Shown in pieces: positions 30,644 to 37,765 of a stretch of 64,000 nucleotides of DNA (position 1 is the stretch's first letter; each line of letters begins with the position of its first letter). A program made the position numbers and the translations under genes. Source of the DNA: Robiginitomaculum sp. Lineage in GTDB: Bacteria; Pseudomonadota; Alphaproteobacteria; Caulobacterales; Maricaulaceae. Location: contig JAUZSF010000026.1 in assembly GCA_030949705.1 (NCBI GenBank), positions 53,210 to 117,209 on the forward strand, in the 5' to 3' direction. The notes below the pieces were generated by a model, which searched no databases, was not told the origin of the DNA, and was given only the letters and a program-made list of their open reading frames with translations.

Positions 30644-30736
30644 GCATTTACCTCTGCCAAACAACCTTAACGAGAATTTCGGGCTTGTTTTGTTCTGAAG
30701 TTAGGAGTAAAATCCTATTTTCTGTGCGCCGAGCCA

Positions 30737-31189
30737 TTGATGAAGTCTCTTTTAATCCCTCTTCTTTTGCTGGAACTGGCTGGATCCAGCCCGGTTTTAT
30801 CCCGCGAAACCCTTAGCGGCCCCATCGCCGCCGAACTGGTGCGGGTGGTCGATGGCGATACATTGGCGGTGCGTGCCCTGATCTGGCCCGGGCAACATAT
30901 CGACATCAAGGTCCGCCTCGCCGACATTGATGCACCGGAACTCTATCGCCCTTCCTGTACGCGCGAACGTGACCGCGCCCGGGCAGCTCGGAATTTTCTT
31001 GTTCAGCGAACCGGCAATACCGTAACCTTGCGTGCCGTGCACCTTGGCAAATATGCCGGTCGGGTCGTTGCCCGCGTACAAACTGACAAGGGCGAAGACT
31101 TATCCATCCTGTTATTACAGGCCGGGCTGGCCCGTCCCATGCATGACCGCACGGGCTGGTGCTCCAAAGATAGCGAAGGCCAGGGTTAG
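30737..31189 (+). CDS. Secreted thermonuclease (staphylococcal nuclease, SNase-like) family protein
   Basis: Signal peptide, then VVDGDTLAV...IKVRLADIDAPE...AARNFL...GKYAGRVVARV...LLQAGLARP, the SNase OB-fold motif pattern. Confidence 0.8.
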   Translation: MMKSLLIPLLLLELAGSSPVLSRETLSGPIAAELVRVVDGDTLAVRALIWPGQHIDIKVRLADIDAPELYRPSCTRERDRARAARNFLVQRTGNTVTLRAVHLGKYAGRVVARVQTDKGEDLSILLLQAGLARPMHDRTGWCSKDSEGQG

Positions 31190-31198
31190 GAGAGAATG

Positions 31199-31885
31199 TT
31201 AGGCACCATCCGGGGCCGGGGTTTTGTCTGTATAGGCACAAAGGTCCGCAATGGAGCACAGCCAGCACCGGGGTTTACGCGCCAGGCACGTATAACGCCC
31301 CTGCAAGATCAGCCAGTGATGGGCATGTTTTGCGTATTTTTCCGGCAGGGTTTTCAATAACGCCTTTTCTACTTCCAGAGGGTTGCGCCCCGGGGCCATG
31401 CGGGTGCGATTGGCTACCCGGAAAATATGCGTGTCCACTGCCATGGTCGGCATGCCATATACGACATTCAGAACCACATTGGCGGTTTTTCGTCCCACCC
31501 CGGCCAGGCTTTCCAGATCCGCCCGGTTTCGAGGCACCTCGCCATCAAAGCATTCCACCAAACGCCGGGACAAAGCGATGACGTTTTTGGCCTTGGTTCG
31601 GTACAGGCCAATGGTCTTGATATATTCGCGCACCTTGTCTTCACCCAGTGCCAGCATTTTCTGGGGCGTATCGGCAACCTCGAACAAGGCCTTGGTGGCC
31701 TTGTTCACCCCCTTGTCCGTGGCCTGGGCCGACAACACCACCGCCACCAACAGGGTATAGGCATTGGTATAGTTCAGCTCGGTCTTGGGTTCCGGATCTG
31801 CCGCCGCCAGACGCGCGTAAATTTCTTCAATGGTTTTACGCGGCAAAGGCCGCGGCAGTGCCTTTGAAGATGATGTTTTTGCCAT
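31199..31885 (-). CDS. nth: Endonuclease III
   Basis: LVAVVLSAQATD, the HhH-GPD motif (LAGVGRKTANVVL...VDTH) and the C-terminal 4Fe-4S cluster motif C-x6-C-x2-C-x5-C (CLARKPRCWLCSIADLC). Confidence 0.93.
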   Translation of the reverse strand: MAKTSSSKALPRPLPRKTIEEIYARLAAADPEPKTELNYTNAYTLLVAVVLSAQATDKGVNKATKALFEVADTPQKMLALGEDKVREYIKTIGLYRTKAKNVIALSRRLVECFDGEVPRNRADLESLAGVGRKTANVVLNVVYGMPTMAVDTHIFRVANRTRMAPGRNPLEVEKALLKTLPEKYAKHAHHWLILQGRYTCLARKPRCWLCSIADLCAYTDKTPAPDGA

Positions 31886-31980
31886 GCCCGTTTGCTTTCC
31901 TGTATTGCGTTTCAGGTTGTCTAGCCCATCCCTCCGTTCTTCCCAAGACTTTCTTTACCTGCCAGTGATAAGCTCTTTCT

Positions 31981-32457
31981 ATGAAAAATTTTAAATTCAT
32001 TCTGATCGGGATTGCCAGCGCCCTTATTCTGATGGCCGGCCCCTCCTATGCCAGCGGTGGTGGCGGGGGCGGCCACGGCAAAGCCAAGGAAAAAACCAGC
32101 GATGAGCCCAGCACCTATGGCACCAAGAAAATGTCTTCCGGCGCAGAAAATTTTCTACAGTTTTACCCAACCGCCGCGACGATATTCTCTGGTCACTCCC
32201 CCGCCGGTCTTATGCACATGGAATATGGGCTGGACATCAAAGACCAGCGCATTCGCGAACGCGCTGCCAAGCTAGCGCCACGCTTGCGCGATGCCTATGG
32301 CCGAATTCTCTCTCAATATGCCGGCAGCCTGTATACCGCCGGCGAGGTACCGGACATGCAATATCTGGCCTCCAGAATGCAGGGTGTAACGGACCGGATC
32401 ATCGGTAAGGGCAATGCCCGTTTTTTGGTTTCCACCCTGATGGTGCGCGACCATTAA
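31981..32457 (+). CDS. Exported protein of unknown function (signal peptide, Gly6 run; weak FliL-like pattern in the C-terminal half)
   Basis: MKNFKFILIGIASALILMAGPSYA signal peptide. The host-like codon usage supports coding. The family assignment is only a loose impression. Confidence 0.55.
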   Translation: MKNFKFILIGIASALILMAGPSYASGGGGGGHGKAKEKTSDEPSTYGTKKMSSGAENFLQFYPTAATIFSGHSPAGLMHMEYGLDIKDQRIRERAAKLAPRLRDAYGRILSQYAGSLYTAGEVPDMQYLASRMQGVTDRIIGKGNARFLVSTLMVRDH

Positions 32458-32802
32458 AGCCAACGAACTCCCCGCAAATGATATGATTGTATGGCCCTGT
32501 TGCCCGCCGGGTATAAATTTCTTTTATCCCCGCTTTTTGGAAGGGGTCATGAGGGATAAAAAGGGATAAAGGAGGGACGTTTCAGGGTCCGTTTTTTCGC
32601 ATTCAGGGATAATTTAGGGGCAAGGGCAGGGACACCCAGGGGTAGCTCTTACCCCTCATTGACCCTCAAGCGTGTTATGCGGGGGATTTCTCCCTCTCCT
32701 TGGGGGAGAGGAAAGAGCTTGTTTCCATGCCGGTACGATGCTTTTGGGGCGGGGATAGCAAAACCTTGTCCCACAGGGGCGCTGGTGGGGTATAGTGCCA
32801 CC

Positions 32803-32920
32803 CATACTTCGAGGCCCTTCGGGCTGCTGTGCACCCCCTCAGGACACCTCAGTATGAGGCGGTCGTTAAAGGAACAAGACCCTTATCCTGAGGTGCGAAC
32901 GCAGAGAGCCTCGAAGGATG
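32803..32920. repeat. About 118-bp imperfect palindromic REP/MITE-like element
   Basis: Outer arms CATACTTCGAGGC (32803-32815) and GCCTCGAAGGATG (32908-32920) match 12/13 as reverse complements. Inner arms are ACACCTCAGTATGAGG and CCTTATCCTGAGGTGC. The core GACACCTCAGTATGAGG resembles GACACGCTCAGGATGGGG at 36620. The only ORFs here are repeat-derived. Confidence 0.6.
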
Positions 32921-32932
32921 AAAACCAGCCCA

Positions 32933-33370
32933 TCAACGAAAGGCACCCAACGCGTCCTGAACGGCATCCACCACGGCCTCAAAGGGCAAAAGCGCCGATT
33001 GATGGCGTTGCGGATAATCCTTGACCGCCGCCAGGGCACCAAGGCCAGCAAAGCGCCCCTTGGGCGGTGGCGCACCCTCTTTGACCATAGCGCGAAAACC
33101 ATCGCGGGCAGCAGTTAGCTCATCCAGATCGGCACCAATGACGTTTTGGCCCAAAATGGCCGAGGCCGCCTGGCCCAATGCACAGGCCTTCACTTCTTGG
33201 GCAAAATCATAAACGCGGCCCTGATCGTCCAGTTTGACCTGAACACTGACCTTGGAACCGCACAGCCGGGCTGATTTTTCGGCAGATCCATCCGGATTGT
33301 CCAGCGTCCCCAGATGGGGAATGCCCGCGGCCAGGGTCAAAATGGCGGTGTTATAAAGATCGTGATCCAT
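32933..33370 (-). CDS. NifU/IscU/SufU-like iron-sulfur cluster assembly scaffold protein
   Basis: MDHDLYNTAILTLAAGIPHLG...LCGSKVSVQVKLD...VKACALGQAASAIL... is a U-type scaffold pattern with conserved Cys residues. Start at ATG 33370. Confidence 0.75.
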   Translation of the reverse strand: MDHDLYNTAILTLAAGIPHLGTLDNPDGSAEKSARLCGSKVSVQVKLDDQGRVYDFAQEVKACALGQAASAILGQNVIGADLDELTAARDGFRAMVKEGAPPPKGRFAGLGALAAVKDYPQRHQSALLPFEAVVDAVQDALGAFR

Positions 33371-33388
33371 TAGGGAATTGGCTTTCAA

Positions 33389-33395
33389 AATACAC
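33389..33395. repeat. Left copy of the 7-bp direct repeat AATACAC flanking the low-GC islet
   Basis: Read directly from the sequence. An identical heptamer occurs at 34212-34218. Confidence 0.8.
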
Positions 33396-33408
33396 TATAG
33401 ATTCTACT

Positions 33409-33425
33409 AGATATGTGGCATATCT
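33409..33425 (+). promoter_or_regulatory. Perfect 7-bp inverted repeat AGATATG-TGG-CATATCT, 5 nt upstream of the islet gene start (candidate operator)
   Basis: Read directly from the sequence. It lies between two TATAGATT(C/G)TAC direct repeats (33396 and 33434). Confidence 0.35.
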
Positions 33426-33430
33426 AAAAT

Positions 33431-34213
33431 ATGTATAGATTGTACGTAGATGAAGTGGGAAACGATGACCTTTCTCACGTAGATGATGATCGCCACCGCT
33501 ACCTTAGTTTGACTGGTGTTGCGATGAAAATTGATCATGCAAGAGATCAACTGAATGTAAAGTTGAACTCACTTAAAGCCAATGTTTTTGCGCATGATCC
33601 TGATAGCCCGCTGATTTTACACAGGAAAGAAATATTACACCGTAAAGGTGTTTATCAATGCCTCAATGAGGTTGAAAAGTTGTCAGTTTTTAACGAGGCA
33701 ATTTTAGATATATTTTGCAACACAGAATATGTGGTAATAACTGCGTTAATAGATAAAGCATGGATGCGAGAGCAAGCGCATTGGGAGCAAAAGCATCCAT
33801 ATCATTATTTAATGGAAATATTAGTTGAGAAATACGCTCAATTTCTTGAAAGAAGAAATGCAATTGGGGATATTATGCCCGAGAGCCGCCAAACTAAAAA
33901 GGATAAATTGCTTCAAAAGGTGTATGAGTTAACCAGAGAGAATGGATCTGATTTTGTTAATGCGCGTAGGATGCAATCCGTGTTGCGGTCTTCAAATTTA
34001 AAATTCCGTACTAAGAAAGATAATATTGCGGGATTGCAATTATGCGACCTTATTGCACATCCAAGTCATATTTATGTACGTCATATAATGGAACATGGTG
34101 TTAATCTGGGAGCGTTTGCTGAACAAGTAATAAATATTCTTAATCGAGATAAATATGATCGGTCGCCTACACGCGGGGAAATTATAGGATATGGGATAAA
34201 ACACCTACCCTAA
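33431..34213 (+). CDS. DUF3800-family protein (uncharacterised)
   Basis: 260-aa ORF in AT-rich DNA. The N-terminal MYRLYVDEVGN (DExG) and C-terminal NIAGLQLCDLIAHP match the two motifs I remember for Pfam DUF3800 (DESG ... LQxADxxA). No Shine-Dalgarno sequence is visible. Confidence 0.7.
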   Translation: MYRLYVDEVGNDDLSHVDDDRHRYLSLTGVAMKIDHARDQLNVKLNSLKANVFAHDPDSPLILHRKEILHRKGVYQCLNEVEKLSVFNEAILDIFCNTEYVVITALIDKAWMREQAHWEQKHPYHYLMEILVEKYAQFLERRNAIGDIMPESRQTKKDKLLQKVYELTRENGSDFVNARRMQSVLRSSNLKFRTKKDNIAGLQLCDLIAHPSHIYVRHIMEHGVNLGAFAEQVINILNRDKYDRSPTRGEIIGYGIKHLP

Positions 34214-34218
34214 TACAC
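34212..34218. repeat. Right copy of the 7-bp direct repeat AATACAC flanking the low-GC islet
   Basis: Read directly from the sequence. It overlaps the TAA stop of the DUF3800 gene. Confidence 0.8.
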
Positions 34219-34243
34219 AAAAGGCGGCACTCGCGCACCGCCC
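34215..34243 (-). terminator. Intrinsic terminator of cysS (hairpin plus U-tract on the minus strand)
   Basis: The minus strand reads GGCGGTG-CGCGAG-TGCCGCC followed by TTTTGTGTATT. There are 5 G:C pairs plus 2 G:U. It lies about 100 nt downstream of the cysS stop. Confidence 0.6.
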
Positions 34244-34346
34244 GATGGATTATGTACCATCTGAATACCAACCGCCGTAGCATTGGGTTATGTAAAATGT
34301 AGTCCATAGAAATGGCTTTGTCAATATTCACACTGCAAACCCGGCG

Positions 34347-35735
34347 CTAGTTTCGGCGCCAGATGCTGTGCCCGTCCTTGTCTTCTATGACGATATTCAT
34401 TTCGGAAAGAACATCGCGAATACGATCCGCTTCGCCCCAATCCTTGTCTTTTCGCGCCTGCACCCGGGCGGCGACCAGCTTGTCGATGGCCTCCGCATCC
34501 AGATCCTTGTCGCCAAGGCCCTTATCGCTTTTGAACCAGACCTCTGGCTCGACCTCAAAAAGACCCAGCAATGCCCCGGCGGCCAGCATTTCACCTTTGA
34601 GCTGTGCTTTTTCACTTTCTTTTTCGGCCTTGTTGGCCAAGGTGGAAAGCGTGGACAGTTTGGCCAGCGCCTGCGGCGTGTTCAGATCGTCGTGCAAAGC
34701 CGCCATAAAACTGGCCGGTGCCGGTACCTTGGCGGCTTTGACATCGCCAAGGCGGCGCAAGGTGCCATAGTAGCGGTCCAGCGTGGTTTTGGCCTGCTCC
34801 AGCAAACTGCCGGTCCAATCCAGCGGCGCCCGATAATGGGCCGAGAGCAGCGCAAAGCGCAGCACTTCGCCGTGCCAGTCTTTCAATAGCTCATGAATGA
34901 GTTTCACATTGCCGAGGCTTTTGGACATTTTCTCACTGTCCATGTCCAAAAAGCCATTATGCAGCCAATAATTCGCCAACCGTTTGCCATCATGAGAACA
35001 CATGGATTGCGCCCGCTCATTCTCATGGTGCGGGAAAATCAGGTCCTGGCCACCGGCGTGAATATCGATGCGGGTGCCCAGCACCGCCTCGATCATCGCC
35101 GAACATTCCAGATGCCAGCCCGGGCGGCCGCGCCCCCAGGGGCTTTTCCAGCCCGGATCATTGTCGTCCGCCGGTTTCCACAACACAAAGTCCGCCGGGT
35201 TGCGTTTATAGGCGGCCACTTCGACCCGCGCCCCGGCGATCATGTCTTTTAATCTACGCCGCGACAGCGCGCCATAACTGTCAAAGCTGGTCACATCAAA
35301 CAGCACATGACCCTCTGCCTCATAGGCATTACCGGCCTCGATCAGGCGCTGTACCAGCGCGATCATTTCTTTCATATGGCCGGTGGCGGTAGGCTCGAAA
35401 TCAGGTTTCAAAACATTCAGCGCCGCCGTGTCTTCACGGTAAATGCGGGTAAACTTGTCGGTGATGACATCAATGGTCACGCCCTCAGCCTTGGCGGCGG
35501 CGTTAATCTTGTCATCCACATCGGTAATGTTGCGGGCATAAACCACGTGGTCCTTGCCATATTCAGCACGCAGCAAACGATACAGCACATCATAGACCAC
35601 CGCCGGGCGGGCATTGCCGATATGGGCATAAGAATACACCGTCGGCCCACACAGATACATGGTCACGCGCGTTTTGTCGGCGGGATGGAATTCGCGTTTC
35701 TGGCGCGAATATGTATCGTAAAGTTGAATGGTCAT
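34347..35735 (-). CDS. cysS: Cysteine--tRNA ligase
   Basis: MYLCGPTVYSYAHIGNARP (HIGH), WHLECS, KMSKSLGN (KMSKS). Start at ATG 35735 (MTIQLYDTYSRQKREF) inside ORF 34347..35825. Confidence 0.95.
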   Translation of the reverse strand: MTIQLYDTYSRQKREFHPADKTRVTMYLCGPTVYSYAHIGNARPAVVYDVLYRLLRAEYGKDHVVYARNITDVDDKINAAAKAEGVTIDVITDKFTRIYREDTAALNVLKPDFEPTATGHMKEMIALVQRLIEAGNAYEAEGHVLFDVTSFDSYGALSRRRLKDMIAGARVEVAAYKRNPADFVLWKPADDNDPGWKSPWGRGRPGWHLECSAMIEAVLGTRIDIHAGGQDLIFPHHENERAQSMCSHDGKRLANYWLHNGFLDMDSEKMSKSLGNVKLIHELLKDWHGEVLRFALLSAHYRAPLDWTGSLLEQAKTTLDRYYGTLRRLGDVKAAKVPAPASFMAALHDDLNTPQALAKLSTLSTLANKAEKESEKAQLKGEMLAAGALLGLFEVEPEVWFKSDKGLGDKDLDAEAIDKLVAARVQARKDKDWGEADRIRDVLSEMNIVIEDKDGHSIWRRN

Positions 35736-35951
35736 GACCTTGGTATTCTCAATTTTGTATCTGGAACTGGCTTCAATACGCATTTGCACCAATTGTGCAA
35801 TGGGGGTGTACAGGATTGCCTTCACGACGTGTTCACGAAACCCTGAAATTTATTGGGGTTGAAGGTACACAAATTCAGCCCTAACTTGAAAGGGTCAAAC
35901 ATGACTTCACAGGGTGGGCGTTAAGCCCGGATGAACCGGCTCGACCCCCTC

Positions 35952-35968
35952 CCCCGCAATCTTCGGGG
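35952..35968 (+). promoter_or_regulatory. Leader hairpin CCCCG-CAATCTT-CGGGG whose 3' arm overlaps the likely folE Shine-Dalgarno sequence (GGGGA)
   Basis: Read directly from the sequence. The folE ATG is at 35976. Confidence 0.3.
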
Positions 35969-35975
35969 ATTTTCC

Positions 35976-36599
35976 ATGGATGCTTACACCAACAAGGCCG
36001 CCACCTTGCGTGCCATAAATGATCAACCCGCCCGGCCAAGTCAGGCCGAGGCCGAGGCTGCTGTACGAACTTTGCTGGCCTGGGTCGGCGATGATCCGAC
36101 CCGCGAAGGCCTTTTGGACACACCCAAACGGGTGACCAAGGCTTTTGGCGAATGGTTTTCAGGCTATCAAGGCGATGCCGAAGAAATTCTGTCGCGCACG
36201 TTTGAGGAAGTTTCAGGCTATGACGATATTGTCATGTTGCGCAATATCGAAGTGCAAAGCCATTGCGAGCATCATATGGCCCCGTTTATGGGGGTGGCCC
36301 ATGTGGCCTATCTGCCCGTGGACCGGGTGGTGGGCCTTTCCAAAATTGCCCGTCTGGTGGAAATGTATGCGAAGCGTTTGCAGACCCAGGAAAACCTGAC
36401 CGCACAGATTACCAAGGCCATGATGGACGCGCTGCGCCCACGGGGGGTGGCGGTGATGATCACCGCCGAGCACCAGTGCATGTCCACCCGCGGGGTGCAT
36501 CATGGCGGGGTGGATACGGTAACCACCCGTTTTGATGGCGTGTTCAAGGATTGCGCCGAAATGCGCGAACGTTTCCTGCGTCTGGCGGAAAACGCCTGA
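35976..36599 (+). CDS. folE: GTP cyclohydrolase I
   Basis: [53 protein letters not shown] are canonical FolE motifs. Start at ATG 35976. Confidence 0.92.
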   Translation: MDAYTNKAATLRAINDQPARPSQAEAEAAVRTLLAWVGDDPTREGLLDTPKRVTKAFGEWFSGYQGDAEEILSRTFEEVSGYDDIVMLRNIEVQSHCEHHMAPFMGVAHVAYLPVDRVVGLSKIARLVEMYAKRLQTQENLTAQITKAMMDALRPRGVAVMITAEHQCMSTRGVHHGGVDTVTTRFDGVFKDCAEMRERFLRLAENA

Positions 36600-36615
36600 G
36601 GGTTTTTTCTCTACC

Positions 36616-36672
36616 CCTCGACACGCTCAGGATGGGGAAAACCTCAACGCCCTCATGCTGAGCTTGTCGAAG
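36616..36672. repeat. REP-like inverted repeat between the convergent folE and rluD genes (likely bidirectional terminator)
   Basis: CCTCGACACGCTCAGGATG (36616-36634) and CATGCTGAGCTTGTCGAAG (36654-36672) match 16/19 as reverse complements. It translates to the LSLSKHE-type repeat peptide I recall from alphaproteobacterial repeat-derived ORFs. Confidence 0.6.
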
Positions 36673-36701
36673 CATGAAAGGGGCATGAAAGGGGGAAGCG
36701 C

Positions 36702-37721
36702 TTACAGCCCTTCTAGAAAACCGATCAGTTTTTGCATGTCGGCGGGCGGCGGGGTTTCAAAGCGCAAGGTCTCTTTGCTGACCGGATGGGTGAAACCCAA
36801 AATGGTGGCGTGCAGGGCCTGGCGGCTGAAATCTTTTAGGGTCTCGCCGTGCGCATTGGTGATCTTGCGAAAGGTGCGCGCCTTGCCATAAACCGGATCA
36901 CCCAAGAGCGGGCAACCGATATGGGCCATATGCACGCGGATCTGGTGGGTGCGCCCGGTCAGCAGGCGGCATTCCACCATGCTGGCCGCCGGACTGCCCA
37001 CGGGCTGGCCCGGCTCTCGGCCATAGCTGTGTAAAACCTTGTAATTGGTGATGGCGTGGCGGCCGTGTTCGGATCGTGGATCGCGCACCACCGCCTGTTT
37101 CTTGCGATCATGTTGCGAGCGCGCCAGACGGGTTTCAATACGCCCCTCTTTTGGTTTTGGCCCGCCGCGCACCAGCGCCAGATAAGCGCGCTCGACCGAA
37201 TGGGCGGCAAATTGCTTGCTTAACCCCTGATGGGCGCGATCGGTCTTGGCCACCACCATAATGCCCGAGGTATCCTTGTCGATGCGGTGCACAATGCCTG
37301 GGCGTTCCACCCCGCCAATACCGCTCAGCTGGCCGACGCAATGATGCAGCAGCGCATTGACCAATGTGCCGGTCCAATTGCCCGCCGCCGGGTGCACGGT
37401 CATGCCGATCTCTTTTTCCAGCACGATCAAATGCTCGTCCTCATAAAGAATATTCAAAGGAATATTTTCGGCCTCGGGCGTGGCAGCGCGCGGTGCCGGC
37501 AGGTCCAGCACATAACGCGCCCCGGGGCGCAGCTTGACCGCTGGGTCCGTGATGGCCACGCCGTTCAGGGTCAGACGGCCCTCTTCGATCAGGGCTTTGA
37601 GGCGCGAACGGGATACATCCTCCAGCGCGCCGGCCAGATATTTGTCCAGACGGCCGATCGGCTGGTCTTCGGGCACATCGATATACTGTGCGCCGGGCGC
37701 CGTTTTGGGATCATGGGTCAT
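36702..37721 (-). CDS. rluD: 23S rRNA pseudouridine synthase, RluD subfamily
   Basis: N-terminal S4 domain (RLDKYLAG...SRSRLKALIEEG), catalytic HRIDKDTSG, and LTGRTHQIRVHMAHIGCPLLGD. Confidence 0.9.
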   Translation of the reverse strand: MTHDPKTAPGAQYIDVPEDQPIGRLDKYLAGALEDVSRSRLKALIEEGRLTLNGVAITDPAVKLRPGARYVLDLPAPRAATPEAENIPLNILYEDEHLIVLEKEIGMTVHPAAGNWTGTLVNALLHHCVGQLSGIGGVERPGIVHRIDKDTSGIMVVAKTDRAHQGLSKQFAAHSVERAYLALVRGGPKPKEGRIETRLARSQHDRKKQAVVRDPRSEHGRHAITNYKVLHSYGREPGQPVGSPAASMVECRLLTGRTHQIRVHMAHIGCPLLGDPVYGKARTFRKITNAHGETLKDFSRQALHATILGFTHPVSKETLRFETPPPADMQKLIGFLEGL

Positions 37722-37765
37722 GGCTATGGATTAGAGGCGCAAGAACCGCTAAGCAAGGGCAGGTT

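Larger units (their letters stand above)
33389..34218. other. Low-GC single-gene genomic islet (probable horizontally acquired insertion)
   Basis: Hand counts: 33421-33480 has 21/60 G+C and 33661-33720 has 19/60, versus 36/60 in the flank at 33121-33180. The composition switch coincides with the AATACAC direct repeats. Confidence 0.8.

Noticed and set aside
29741-30664. 307-aa minus-strand ORF opposite the secreted orphan protein
   Set aside because: No SD or signal features, and a junk-like (GT)n/Ala/Gly translation. The plus-strand frame has an SD, a signal peptide and host-like codon usage. Neither frame has a recognised family, so this call is not certain.
32659-33024. 121-aa ORF (and 32649..32834 on the minus strand) in the repeat-rich gap
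   Set aside because: It reads straight through REP/MITE-like palindromes and into the antisense of the Fe-S scaffold gene. The peptide matches typical repeat-derived pseudo-proteins.
33371-34346. Search for a mobility apparatus around the low-GC islet (integrase, transposase, tRNA target, terminal inverted repeats)
   Set aside because: None found. The ends inside the AATACAC repeats (TATAGATTCTAC... and ...AAACACCTACCCT) are not inverted repeats, so I do not call it an IS or MITE.
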